From NCBI RefSeq assembly GCF_009834535.1, contig NC_045696.1:98644001-98708000 (forward strand): DNA of 64,000 bases, written 5' to 3'. This document shows positions 1 through 12,255 of the stretch, piece by piece. The notes beneath the pieces are model-generated. The model saw nothing but the letters and a program-made list of their open reading frames with translations. It was not told where the DNA came from and did no database searches. This DNA is from Camelus ferus (Eukaryota). The stretch's first letter is position 1; every line of letters begins with the position of its first letter. The position numbers and the translations under genes were made by a program.

Positions 1-1024
1 TCCCATTTTAAAAATTCACTCATTAAGATACTGAATTATGTTTTTCTTTGGAAGAATTGAATGCAGATAATTGCCCTTTTATTTTCAGTTGCCAAGTGGT
101 AGGGAAAGATCTGGCTACTATCTCCCCCTTCTTAAAGAGAGAGAACTAAGGAGGAGAGTGCCCTGGCTATTTGAGATCTCTTACTCGTGTATGTATACCA
201 TGAACCTGGTCAATGTTAAGTCTCCATTAACAGATTCTTAGAGTACCTCCGGGTGCTTACCATCCATTAGTCAATAAGACCATCCAATTATGCAAATTGA
301 GAATAGAAAGGAATCCCTAAAACCTACAAAGAAGCCCTTCCACAACCAAACAACAGATATTTTTCCAGCACTTTCAATCAAACATATACTATACTATGTG
401 TGAGGCATATACAGACCTGTTCTTCACTGTCAAGGGATTCAGCAACTTAAAGATTTGGCAGTGCCTGGGTGATGTATGACATGCTATCTTGTAGTGCCAT
501 TGGTCATAAGGCAGAATGAGGGGGATGGCAGGGAGTTTCCCCTTTTGTAAACAGTCCAGAACGGAAAAGGTCACCTTAATTGCCACACCTAGACTTTATG
601 CCTGACATCTAGTGGTCACTCGAGGAATTGCAGTGCAGGATGCCGACGATGATTGACTGTCGGTAAGGACAGGATGAAGGTCTGAGGTAGCGGAATTAAA
701 ATGCATTCCCTCAGCTTCCTCTCTCAAAGCCCTGCACTTACCACTTACAGTCTTCTTTATACCGCATCTTCTAAATATGATCCTAGACAATCATTTAGTT
801 ATAAAGCTGGAGGGCTCTCACACAACTTTCATTTAATCATATTCTAATCACTGTATGAGAAGAGATGAAGCAAAAGTTTAGAATTTCTGAATTTAATGAA
901 TATTGCGTGTAAAATCAGCCTATTGGAAAGATAAACCCCACCTGTTTACTCTGACTGTAGTTTATCATTTTTCCTTCTTGGAAAAAAAAACCCGGATACT
1001 CATCTACTAACCTACCTTATAGGT

Positions 1025-1165
1025 GGATGTCTTTACCTGTTAAACAGTGAAAATAATTATAACTCATAGGCTTGCCTTGAGGATTTAAGAAGTTAAATCA
1101 TGTAAATAACTTTGTACGGTGCCTGGAACATAATAAGTATTCAGTGGTATTGGCTATTATTATTT
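1025..1165 (+). mobile_element. MIR SINE 3' half
   Basis: ctcataggcttgccttgaggatttaag...gtgcctggaacataataagtattcag...gctattattatt resembles the MIR core and 3' tail. Confidence 0.75.
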
Positions 1166-2139
1166 TTTTTAAGTTTGGTTTTCATGATGATAAGCATTGT
1201 ATAGTTTTTAATGCATGCACGTTTGTAGCCTTATTACCTGTGAGGAGTATTATTTCCCCCGAATATTAAGGTCTACCTATTTAGAGAATTCAAATGCTGT
1301 ATGCGACATTCAGTGATCATAGGTATTCAGAGTTGATGGGACATTCACAGTCTCTATCCAGTCATCTCATTTGTATATAAGAAAACATTACTTGAGGAGT
1401 TACTGAAGTTTGCAAGGTTACATGTGGTGAGACTGGATAAAACTAAAATCTGAGTTTCCTTATGAAGTTCACTGCATCTACCAGCTCCACAAGTGGCTCA
1501 TTTATATCTTTGAACTAATGTTGAGAAATGAATTTTCCATCACATGGAGAAATGTGAAGTACCTGGTTGTGGATTTATACTATACAGTTTATACTGTACT
1601 AAAAGTTTGGTACATTTCTACATTTGAAAAAATATTAATGATCTTAATAGTATCACAAAGACAATCCTGATTCACTGTTGGAAGATTAGTGGTATAGGCA
1701 AACAAAAAGGTTAATTTAAAAAAAACAATTGTAATCCCATTGCTCAGTCATACATATATGCTGATATATGTACATGCACATATATATTCATTATGTCCAT
1801 TTATGTACTTTTATACTCTTCTATAATCAGATGCACATATGTTTTAACTAAAAGGTAGGTTTAACATTGTTCTGTAATTTGGTTTGTTTAAGTTATGAAC
1901 ATAATTCCACATTGATATTTATCTATAGCATTATTTTCACTGGTTGCATTATTTCTGTTATACACTTATATTATTTTAATTAATTCCACTTTAAGATCAA
2001 ATTAACGATCAACAAGGAAAGTTAGGCTGTTGGTTAAAAGCAGGGGGCAAAGGAGAGAGAAAAATAAATGGTGCTGCTGTTGAAAATCCTGTTTCCTCTC
2101 TCGACCTTTAGACTTATATCTTTACGTGGCAAATGGTAC

Positions 2140-2290
2140 CAGATGACTGAAGGAAGGTGTACCTGGATAAAGATGTGCTGACTTGGGTCCTGATGGGAGA
2201 GGAAGTGGAATGTTCAGTTGAGGGAATATTGAGTAATAAGTCTGAAAACATGAGTTCTATAAATGACAGCGAATGGAGCACACTACAAAG
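2140..2290 (-). mobile_element. Degenerate L2 fragment
   Basis: aggaaggtgtacctggataaagatgtgctgacttgggtcctgatggg...gagggaatatt...aacatgag resembles antisense L2 3' region. Confidence 0.4.
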
Positions 2291-5284
2291 TCCAAAGATC
2301 TGACTGTAAAACACCAAAGAGAGAGTAAATCTCCAAGTCACCAGTGATGTGGGGCAGCCCGTACATCACGGAGCTGGGAGGCTGTCAGTCTATACACGCC
2401 TCTGTACGTCTAACACTGAATTATGAATGCACCCATGGTAAATATGCACGCGTGTCCCTTTCCATAACTGTTTTGTGAGAACCCAGGGGGGCTGACCAGC
2501 AAAAGCGTGTATTCACAGATGCAGGGGTGGCGGGGGGAGAGGCGTGCTAAGTGAGTGAGCTGCTCTTAGAGCACAACTGACCAGGATCTCGTGATAGAAA
2601 ATTCTACATAAACTCGGAACTCGCATTGTAAGTAATCCACCGAATTTCCATATTGTAAGGGAAGAATAAAGAATAACGTAAAATTATATGGGAACATGAC
2701 AAGAGTCAGGACAGCACTGCATCCTCTCTTGTCTTTCTTTGAACCTCATGTTTTTCATTTTCATCCATCACACTTTCACCATTGAGCCAAACTATCCATA
2801 TGAAGCGACGTGGAAGTTCCCCAGCTCGTGCTGTTGCTCCCTTTCTTGCCTGCTCTTCTCCATCTCTGCGTGATCCCTTTGAATCCAACATCAAAAATAT
2901 ATATTGTGTTATAATGTGTATATTTTCCTTATAAAATGTGTCTTTATCACTCAATAGTGCACTCCTCACTTTTCGGGCAATACTAATAGCAAATTATTGA
3001 GAACACCAGCGATGCTCCTTGGACCCTGCTGGGCGTATCCACAGGCGCTGCCTCAGACCCACATATCTGTCTTGTGTGCAGCCTGTCACAGTGCAAGTGA
3101 ACAGGGGAAGCCGAGCGCCAGAGGCCCTGTTTGGGGACAGGCGTCCTGCCAACCATGCTGGCCTGGCGGAATTGGAGCATGGGTGGACTGTCAGGTCCGC
3201 ACCTAGCACGCTGACAGGTGCACAGCACTGGAGAAAAATTGGCAGTTTGTGTCTTCTGGGAAGCAAAGGCATGAAATGCATTATTCTGCCCGTCCGGAGG
3301 GGCACTTCCTATTTCTCAAAAAAAAAGGTCGAAACAGTAACAGTCCTAAACGGGATACTGTAGTTTACCCACCTCTGTCATTTTTCTTTGCGCTCCAAAT
3401 TCAGATTTGTTTTCTTCGGTCTAAGCATAAAATTCCATAGCTGTTTGGCAGAAAAACACAGTAACATCACAGGTGAGGGTTAGCCCTACTGGCTAATAAA
3501 GGGTGTTGTTTCCTTTTTGAAAAACCTCACCCGTCCTCCGTTGCTTCCCAAATGAAATGGAAAAAGGCAGACAGCTCTTCTAGGGCAGCATTATCAGACT
3601 AGGATTCACACCCATTCCAGTAGATGCTTCACACACTTTAATTCCTGTTAAGAAACTTAATTAAATTGCATGATTTATTAGCTTGTGTTAGATGTTGAGA
3701 AAAGCAGTCTGGAAAACCTATGTACTCAGTGTAAGACCAAGCCAGCTGTCTCAGAGGAAAATACTTTTGGTCCTGCGTAAATTTTGCAAACGACTGAATT
3801 GCTAACAGGCTCTTTGTTGGATGTTCTTATACTCTGAATAGACTCCACGTCACTTGAGAAAAAAAAAGTGGCATTCTAAAAGAAGAAAAGATAGTATGCA
3901 TTTTGATAAACAAATCAGCATACTCGATAATGATATTTTTCTTTGATGTCTAACAGATTCTTCTATGGTGCTCTGACTATTAGCCTATAAAGATATTTTG
4001 TAATATAGTCCACCTCTAATTTTACTTTCTCTGAAACCAACTGTCAACTACATTTATCTCCATACTTTCAAACCGGCTTACAAATGCGCATCTTTCTGTG
4101 ATTGCTTTTAAGAGCACAACCTTAATTCAGGCTTTCTACTCTCCTGGTTTACGGTGATGTTAAACTCAAAGCAAATTCACTCGCTGAAATCAATCTGGGG
4201 GAGAAAACTCACTGGTCTATAATTTAAGATTATTTGACTGTTCACTGGCGAACGATTAGATAGCGTAATCATTTAGCCTCAATCTGCATTTTCTGAGATA
4301 CTTTTTACGTACTATATGGTAGATGAGAACAGAGAAAGGAGAGGGAAATGGCAGCAAATAGCAGACGACCGAGCCCTTCTGCAGCTTTGGAGTTGCACGT
4401 CTAACTCAAAAGGCCTTAAGAGAGATTGAGAGAAGGCCGACACAGAATTGTCCGAGATATTTCAGATTTGTGGCTAGACCCACACAGTCACTCAAATGCG
4501 TGTGCCTGCACACATGCACACACATGCATGCACACACACACGCTTCTTTGCAAGGAACTCATCAGGGAGCTCCTCCCTAATTTAGGCTCAAGCTTGCAAA
4601 GAAGTCAGCTGTTTTTTCTTTTTCCTGACACTATTACATCAAAACAGTATCCAGGCATTAGACAGTATTTATTAGCTTGTAAGGCCAGAGATAATGATCC
4701 CATTCAATCAGAACACATGAATAATTCAACAGTCCCAACTTCACATAATTTCTAGCTCTACTTTTAAAACCAGTAAAAGAACCATTTGTATCATTTATTT
4801 ATTTTTGGTGACAATGAGTAAAAGACAAAAGAGGTTTTGTTTTGTGTGTGTTTGTGTTTCCAGGAAAGAGAGCCTCTTGGCTCTTCCATTTCAAACTGAT
4901 CAAAGACAGTGCCAAAAGAACGTGTATATGTATGAAATTATGAGGAAGCAGGATACCACAAGGGGCATATACAGCAATTACTTCTCTAGATTACTTCTAT
5001 ATAGATTTGTTGAGGGTGTTTTAATCACTGTGAATGGTTTAATATTATTTTACACATTACATCTAGGAAACAATTATGATTTCTGCAAGCCCATTGAAGC
5101 TACAATTTAAGGGGTCATTTCTGCAATGTACAATCTGAAATGTACAATTGAAAGAGAATGGGCTATATTAAGCACCAAAGAGAAGTTGAAATAGTTTCAT
5201 CTTATGACAGAAAATGTTGCGCTCATCATTTTCTAACATAAGCAATGGAAGTCAATGGACAAAGTCACCACTGTCCCTCTAAAG

Positions 5285-5476
5285 CAGCTCTGTCCTATAG
5301 AACTTTCTGACATGAAAGAGACATTCGATATTTACACTGACCAATATAGAAGCAATTAGCTCCATGTTATTGAGCTCTTGAAATGTGGCTGCTGCAACCA
5401 AAAAGCTAAATTAAACTTTTAATTAATTTAAATATAAATAGCCACATGTGACCAGTGGCTCCCTGTAAGACGTCAC
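5285..5476. mobile_element. MER3 (hAT-Charlie non-autonomous DNA transposon)
   Basis: cagctctgtcctatagaactttctg...ttgaaatgtggct...aaatagccacatgtgaccagtggct matches the MER3 layout end to end. Confidence 0.85.
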
Positions 5477-6814
5477 ATCCTTTAAGTCCTCAAGAAGAAT
5501 GGCTACTGAAATATAAATATCAACAGGTAGATACTTATTATGAAAGTATTTTAGTTCTCCTGTTAAATTTACAACTTCTATTAAAATTTTCACTTTCTTA
5601 TTATAAAATATCCAGATATTTGTGATTAACCAATCATGTACTTTGTTTGGCTAATTCATTTGGCAAAATTGGAGTGAAACGGTGTTCCAATTGCTGCATT
5701 TGGTAAAATGTACTCTAATGAATAATGTATGATACAACCGTTAGAATGCATCAAGAAGTAATAGACAAATTAGATGAGAGAAAGCTTTTATTTATATCTC
5801 AATGGTTTAACAATAGGCAAAAATGTATTATTAATATAAAAGACCTTGGAAAGAAACTTTCTTTGGGAAACACTCCCTAGAAAATGTTTGGTCTCCAATA
5901 AGCTAAAATTTGAAATTGTTCTTCAATAAAGTAAAAGATTTAGCTTTTCTAGAAACACAAAACGATCATGCTTTAGGAATTACAGAAGTGATGACTGACA
6001 CTCTTTTCTTTGTTATACTCTTGTAGCGGGTGTTTCTCTACCCCTATGCAGAGCAGTCAGAAGGCAAGGAATCAGTAAAGTAAAAATTATAGGATAGGAG
6101 TCAGTGAGATCAATTGATTCACCTCTCAGGTTTATTTGAAGTTTGTAAACAACTACTACATGCATTGTTTCAATCAGCTGTCCACAGAAGGAAGGTCATT
6201 ATTGAATCCCAAGATACAGATGCACTTGTTAACCCCAGATACAGTCCAAGTGCGTGTCTGTGCACTCATATTAGCCATTAATTAAGGGCCACTTGGAGGG
6301 ACTTTAAGCTCTTAAACTGGATTAGTGAAAGTGATCAAAAGGACCAATTGAGTTTTGTAAATTGAGTTTTACAAGATAGGGAGTGGACTTTGAAAAGGAC
6401 TTTCTAAATCAGACATCATTGGTTTCTTCATCACAGCCTTCAGATGAGAGCTGTCAACAAGAAGATTTGAGCAGAATCATCAACTGAATGTTGACACTCA
6501 TCTTCACAGTAGCTGAAATGTGATGTGTTATACCAACAAATCGGTGCCAAAATTCCTAATGCAAAATCCAGTGGCACTTTGTGACTTAGAAGTCAAGTTT
6601 AAGATGAAAAGTCCCTTTCCTTATGATAGTGGTTGATTTAGAAAGAATCTTATTGCTATTCTCTAAGGGCATTGAAAATATCTTTGTAAACATACGTTAA
6701 TGGATTTAAGCTGGATAATTAGACTGTTGTTAGATATAAGCACAATGTTTATTAGTATTTTCTACTATTGTTGCTGTTTTGTTAAAAAGTGCCACTTTTT
6801 GAGTTTCAATTTTG

Positions 6815-7025
6815 TAGATGTTATTTCTAATCCTCACAAAACCTTCCTGGGTGCATATTCCTATTTTGCAAAGGAGAGAAAAAGATATTAATAAATTTCT
6901 TTATGATTTCTTGGGCAGCACGTAATAGAAGGAAAAAAATTCATAAATTTCTTTATGGCTACATGAGCAGCAGGTGCTAGAACTAAAAGTAAATCTAGCA
7001 TCATCCAGATCCAGAGCCCTTGTTT
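6815..7025 (-). mobile_element. MIR fragment with an internal ~52-bp duplication
   Basis: taatcctcacaaaacc...cctattttgcaaaggag resembles antisense MIR; ataaatttctttatg occurs at both 6891 and 6943. Confidence 0.55.
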
Positions 7026-7497
7026 GTCTTCAATACCCTGCTCTCTCTCCAATCTTGAATATAAAGCACATAATCATTACGTCTGTCTACAAAAAAAATT
7101 AATGTATGTGATCTAGGTCATCTGTTTTGGGAAGATCTTTTGTCCAGGGTTGAGATTTTTTTTGTATAATATCTATGGAATTGACCATTGCTATTCATTT
7201 CCAAGAAACACAGGATTCTCCAAAGATTAGGTCCAAAGAAAGGGGCATATTTTGTCAACATTTGTTTTCTTGCCATTTATTCTGTGATGTGCATTTTCTG
7301 ACTCAAAACTAATGATTCTGGTTTAGCTCAGAGGCCCCTTTGGGTATTGGGTGTGTATTGATTGTTTTCTCAGAAAAAAAAAATATTATTTTACAGGGTT
7401 CAAGAACCACCTGAGGTGCAGGTTTTCTAAAGTAGGACTTTCAGTTTTCTGCCAAGGAAGGTGTTATGAATTCTTTACAGGAACAACAGATCGTCAG

Positions 7498-7946
7498 TGT
7501 TTTAGCTTCCCAGGGTTGCAATAACAAATTACCAGAAGCTTGATGGCTTCAAGCAACAGAAATGTATTTTCTCATCATTCTGGAGGCCAGAAGTCTGAAA
7601 TCAAGATGCTCAGCAGGGTTGTCCTCCTTCCAAAGCCTTTAGAAAGAATCCTTCCTGGCCTGTTCCAGCTTCTAGTGGCTTCTGGTGTTTCTTGTGGCCA
7701 CGTCACTCTGATCTCTGCCTTTGTCTTCACCTAGCCTTTTCCTCCACGTGACTGTCTTTGCTTCTGTCTTTTATAAGGACACTTGCCATGGGATTTACGG
7801 CCCACTCAGGGATCCAGGATGATCTCATCTCAAAAATCCTTTACTTAATTACAGCTGCGAAGACCCTTTTTCCAAATAAGGTCACATTTACAACCTCCAG
7901 GGGTTAAGATGGAATCACATTTTGGGGAGGCCACCATTCAACTACA
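7498..7946 (-). mobile_element. MaLR solo LTR, MLT1C-like
   Basis: TG...CA termini; diagnostic ttctggaggccagaagtctgaaatcaag, ttataaggacac and ccaaataaggtcacatt; ends ggccaccattcaactaca. Confidence 0.9.
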
Positions 7947-8087
7947 GGGAGTAAGGCCTGTTTTGTTTTTGAACTTCATTGCCCCACATAACTGGTCCAG
8001 AAAAAGCCTCAAAATACTCTTATGTAGAATATAATTAACTCATTACAATAGACAGAAACAAAAATAGGAAGGCAAACTATAGACCTA

Positions 8088-8330
8088 AGTGCAGTGGTGA
8101 AGGGTGCAGACATAAACATTAGACTGACTGCCCGGGTTACAATCCTGCTCACATGCTCTATGACTGAGGGCAAGTTGTGAACCTCTTCAGTCTTCACTTT
8201 CCTCATCTGTATAATAGGATGAGTTTCTCCCTCATAGGGTTGCTGTGAAGATTAAATGAAAAAATCTTGTGAAGAATTTAGCATAATGCCCTGACATGGA
8301 GTTAGCGGTAAGTAGTTCTGGCTATCAGTA
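8088..8330 (+). mobile_element. Near full-length MIR
   Basis: gcagtggtgaag...gggcaagttgtgaacctct...ttcctcatctgtataatagg...ctcatagggttgctgtgaagattaaatga. Confidence 0.85.
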
Positions 8331-8371
8331 TACACTCCCTTGAAGCATCCTTTGATGTTTCTTGTGCAAGA

Positions 8372-8452
8372 TATCTATCTATTGATTTATATTATCTATC
8401 TATCTATCTATCTACCCATCCATCCATCCATTTATCTTTCATTTATTTATTC
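8372..8452. repeat. Compound (TCTA)n/(TCCA)n/(TTTA)n microsatellite
   Basis: Directly visible tandem units. Confidence 0.8.
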
Positions 8453-8558
8453 ATCTGCTTTTTGTTGTTATTAAAAATGTTTATAAATAAGAATTAATTA
8501 AAATCCAGGAAATATAACAAGTAAAATGAGTATTTATTTTGTCTATAGAGACCCTAAA

Positions 8559-8860
8559 CATTCATTCATCCATGTGCCATTTATTGGGCACAATTATTTT
8601 AGGACTTGTGACAGAAACAAGAGACCAAAAATGATCTGGACAGTATCAGCTGTCAAATGATTTAAACTCTGTTCAGGCTGACACATGAGTTATGAAATAA
8701 TTGTAACAGAGAATAATTGGTGTTTTAAAGATGTAGGATCAGGAAACCATGGGAACCAAAGGAAATGCAGAGAGCTTGCAGTTTAGAAGGGCGAGGGGGA
8801 GGCAGGTCAAAAGAGTCTTTCTCACAAGATAGCATTTTCGTGGGAAGAACGTAAGTCCAG
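8559..8860 (-). mobile_element. L2 3' end
   Basis: cattcattcatcc...catttattgggcac is the antisense L2 tail. Confidence 0.6.
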
Positions 8861-8904
8861 GAGTCATGGAGAAGTTAGAGGGACGAATCCTCTCTTTCTC
8901 ACCA

Positions 8905-9065
8905 TTGAGCTGTTCCTTAAACTCTCAGTTTCCTCATCTATAAAATGAGGCTAATATTCATATCATTGAATTATTGTAGGAATTAGTTAAATAATGCATA
9001 CAGAACAATCCCTGGTACCTAGCAAAGAATATATGAATATTACCTATTGAGTTGTTGTTATAATC
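8905..9065 (+). mobile_element. MIR
   Basis: ctcagtttcctcatctataaaatgagg core motif. Confidence 0.8.
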
Positions 9066-9189
9066 ACTGTTAATCAATTTTCTAGTGCTCAGAAGCTCAA
9101 CAAGGCGAGTTTTCTTTCTTTCTCTTGGATGGCATTTCCATTTTAGAATCATCTGATCAAGGAGGCCATCTGTACCTGTACCAGCCCTC

Positions 9190-9365
9190 CCTGCCCCATT
9201 TTTGTACCCAACGGCAATAGCACGTGTATGTTGAAATAATTATTTTCTGTGTTCTTCTCCTCCTACTATAATCTCCTTGAAAAGTAGAAAAGTATCTTAT
9301 TCATATATGTTGCCCTAGCATATAATAAAATGTCTGGGAGTTAGTCAGTGAATGTTTCTGGAACT
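9190..9365 (+). mobile_element. L2 3' end
   Basis: ctataatctccttgaaaagtag...tcttattcat...ccctagcat...gtgaatg. Confidence 0.55.
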
Positions 9366-9513
9366 GGTAAGATTTCAGGTCCATACTTTCCTAGGCCTCT
9401 CCCTCTGCAAAAAAAAAAAATCTGATAGATTCTGAAGCTGTATTAATATCAAAAGGAATTCCATAGAGATAACTTTAGATCAGAAGTCTAGGATGAGGTC
9501 CATAGGATGTAAT

Positions 9514-9983
9514 CGTGTTGGTTTTCTAGCACCACATAACAAATTGCCACAAACAGTGATTTCAAATAACATACTCTTGCTATCTCGCAGCTGAGGTTTG
9601 GCTAAGCTGGGTTCTAGGAGGTTGGAATCAAGATGCAGGTTGGGTTTGCAGTCTCATCAGAACAACTGGGAAAGGATTTGCTTCCAAGCTCCCTCAGAAT
9701 GTTGACAGAATTCACTTCCTTGCAGCTTTAGGATTCATGGCAGCTTCTTCAAAGTCAGTAAGGAAGATGACACCTCTAGGGCAAGTTTGCTAGCAAGGTG
9801 GAGTCTTATACACTGCAGGGTAGTCACAGGAGCGGCATCCCATGACCTTGGCCATAGAACATAACATCGTCATGGCAGTGACATCCCATCATCTTAAAAG
9901 CAAGTCCTGAGAAGGCGACTGTACAAAGTATTAACACCTAGATGTAGGGATCCCTGGACCCACTTTAAGATCTGCCTTCCACA
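9514..9983 (-). mobile_element. MaLR solo LTR, MLT1E-like
   Basis: taacaaattgccacaaac...gcttccaagctccctcag...gacagaattcacttccttgcagct...ctgccttccaca terminus. Confidence 0.8.
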
Positions 9984-10584
9984 GGAATATTAGGAGTACC
10001 ACAGAGTTCTGGCCTTTAGACTTGCATTCTTACTTCTTCATCTGTTCTTTTATTGAAGACACAGGACTAGATAATAATAATAACAGAATGTAACAATGCT
10101 ATATGCATTGTGGCAAAAATTGAAATGTGACAAGGAATACAAAAATACTTCCTGATCTAATTCTCTGCAATAAAAATCATGAAACTCTGAGGCATGTCAC
10201 TCTGTGAACGTAGAAGTATCTACTGGTTGCTACATTGCGGCAGAGCCATCATTAGGAGGATCATCCATCACACTAGAAGAGCTGTACTGTGCATTATAAA
10301 TTACTGTAATAATACACTGCCCCTGATAGTTATTCATTTTAGTGCCATCTGATTTATCATAACATTAAACCGTCCTGTATTTGAAGAGAGACAAATAGAA
10401 GTTCATTTTCTTAGTGTTCTGCGATATGGGGAAACAAGATGCTCAAGGATAATAATTACAAGTAGAGAGTTACTGTATTTTTTGGACCAGAGTCTGTGAT
10501 TACATGGATATGGTAGTTAAATTGCTTAACCTCATTATTATTACTATTTTTTAACAGCTGGTCTATGTCTTACTAAATGAAGGT

Positions 10585-10628
10585 GGTTGTGAAACTCACT
10601 TAGGTTGTGAAACTCACTTAGGTTGTGA
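10585..10628. repeat. Perfect 18-bp tandem duplication (2.4 copies)
   Basis: ggttgtgaaactcactta x2 followed by ggttgtga. Confidence 0.95.
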
Positions 10629-10705
10629 TATCTGCATAGGGTAGCCCATCGATGCCTGGATGATTCAGCCAATTTGGCTGCCTGGGTGGGGCCTCTTCCC
10701 TCATC

Positions 10706-10720
10706 ATTGCCCCCTGCAGG
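10706..10720 (-). promoter_or_regulatory. Candidate CTCF motif
   Basis: Minus strand reads CCTGCAGGGGGCAAT, close to the core CCASYAGRKGGCRS; motif only. Confidence 0.35.
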
Positions 10721-11354
10721 TCTCTTTTAAACCTGCAGACTAACAGACGAAGACCCCCTTCCCAGCTTGAGGAGGGCTTTGCTAATCGTTGTGCGTTCCT
10801 CATTGAACCTCTGAATTAGGGCTCAATTCAGGTGACTTCAGCAGCCAGGAAGACGGAGTTACAGAGTGAAGGGTCGGGATGTCAAATAACTGTCAAGCAC
10901 ATGCCCCGTTCCCATGGGACCAAGAGTAATCGTGCCCCGTGGATTGTTTCTACTCAGGAACACGGGCCTCATGATGTCCAACAAGCCATGAGTAGGGAAG
11001 CACCCGTGAGTTCTGTAGTTTAATTATCTATGAGGAAATTAATTTTGGTGAATGTTAAGATTTAATATTTCCTTTTATGTTTTATATTTTGTGAATAAAA
11101 TGTTATAGTATGTTAAGCCTCTCAGTCCTTCATTCAACAATTATTTCTCAATCCATATTTTAAAATGCTCAATGTAATCGTAATCTTGAAATATGACACT
11201 TGAAAAAAGGATGGCTGTAGCTAATTATCAGCCCCATCCTGGCAGTTTCGGCTCTTCCTAGAGGAAGGCTTTAACTGAAATGACTTTTGAAAGCTGTTTA
11301 TGCCGCATTGACTGTTTGGAGTGGTGAAAACACTCTGTGGTATCCTCTACTGTT

Positions 11355-11567
11355 GACTTGTTCATGAGTAAGCACCTATTGTGTACATAGCACTGTTTTA
11401 GATACTGGGGACACAACAATGTATAAGATAAAATCCCTGACTTCAACAAGCTTATTTGTGAAACTGAGAGTAAGAAGTAGCTTAAAAAAATAAAAATAAA
11501 TAGATATGTAACATAATGTCAGAGAGGAGTGCTATGTTAAAAAAAGAGAGAGAGAAATCAAACAAGG
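11355..11567 (-). mobile_element. L2 3' region, interrupted by MLT1A
   Basis: aagcacctattgtgtacatagcactgttttagatactggggacaca...aatccctgacttc. Confidence 0.75.
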
Positions 11568-12255
11568 CGTCTTAGTCACTTAGGGCTGCTATAAAAAACT
11601 ACCGTGGACTGGGTGGCTTATAAATAGACGTGTATTTCTCACAGTGGTGGAGGCTAGAAGTCTGGGATCAGGATACCAGTGTGATCAGCTCAGGTGAGAG
11701 CCTCTTCTGGGTCATGGACTGTCAGCTTCTTGTTGTATCTTCACATGGAGGAAAGGAGCAAGCTGTCTCTCTGGCCTGTTCTTAAAAGGGCACTGATGCA
11801 TAAGAGCTCCACCCACATGACCTAATAACCTTCCAAAGGCCCCACTTCCCAATGCCATCACATTGGGGAATTCGATTTGTTAAAGTAATGAAATGAGGCC
11901 TTGGTCACCTCTGTAAGCAGACCAAAATCTGAGCCGGAGTCAGTGCACTTGAATCCAAGAAAATGAAAGGTGAGAACGACAACCACAGCCAGCCAGCTGG
12001 GTTTTCTCCAATAAGGCAGCCGCGTAAATTATAGCCTATCAAATAATCGCCTTACGTTGCTTCCAAGCTTTCTCCATTAAAGACCTCACCTCCAGCTCTT
12101 GCGGGCGGAGCACCGCTTTCCGCTTCTGGTTTGGCACTGCCTGATTCTGGATGAGGTGGTCAAGTAAACTTTCAAAAAACTGAATGTTCCTCAGCCTATC
12201 TTTTAACAGATTTCAACATCCCAATTTTGAGGGACACAGCATTCAGTCCATAACA
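11568..12255 (-). mobile_element. MaLR solo LTR, MLT1A/MLT1A0-like, split by an ERV1 LTR
   Basis: gtcttagtc...gggctgctataa...ggactgggtggcttataaa...catgacctaat...ccatcacattgggg at left; resumes tcaacat...gggacacagcattcagtccataaca at 12213-12255. Confidence 0.9.
11878..12208 (+). mobile_element. ERV1-class solo LTR (MER57/MER93-like), 331 bp
   Basis: Inverted termini tgttaaa...tttaaca; perfect 4-bp TSD gatt (11874-11877 and 12209-12212); family name and strand are tentative. Confidence 0.8.

Noticed and set aside
2983..3440. Several overlapping 63-114 aa ORFs
   Set aside because: Expected in a locally GC-richer patch; no recognisable domain or exon structure
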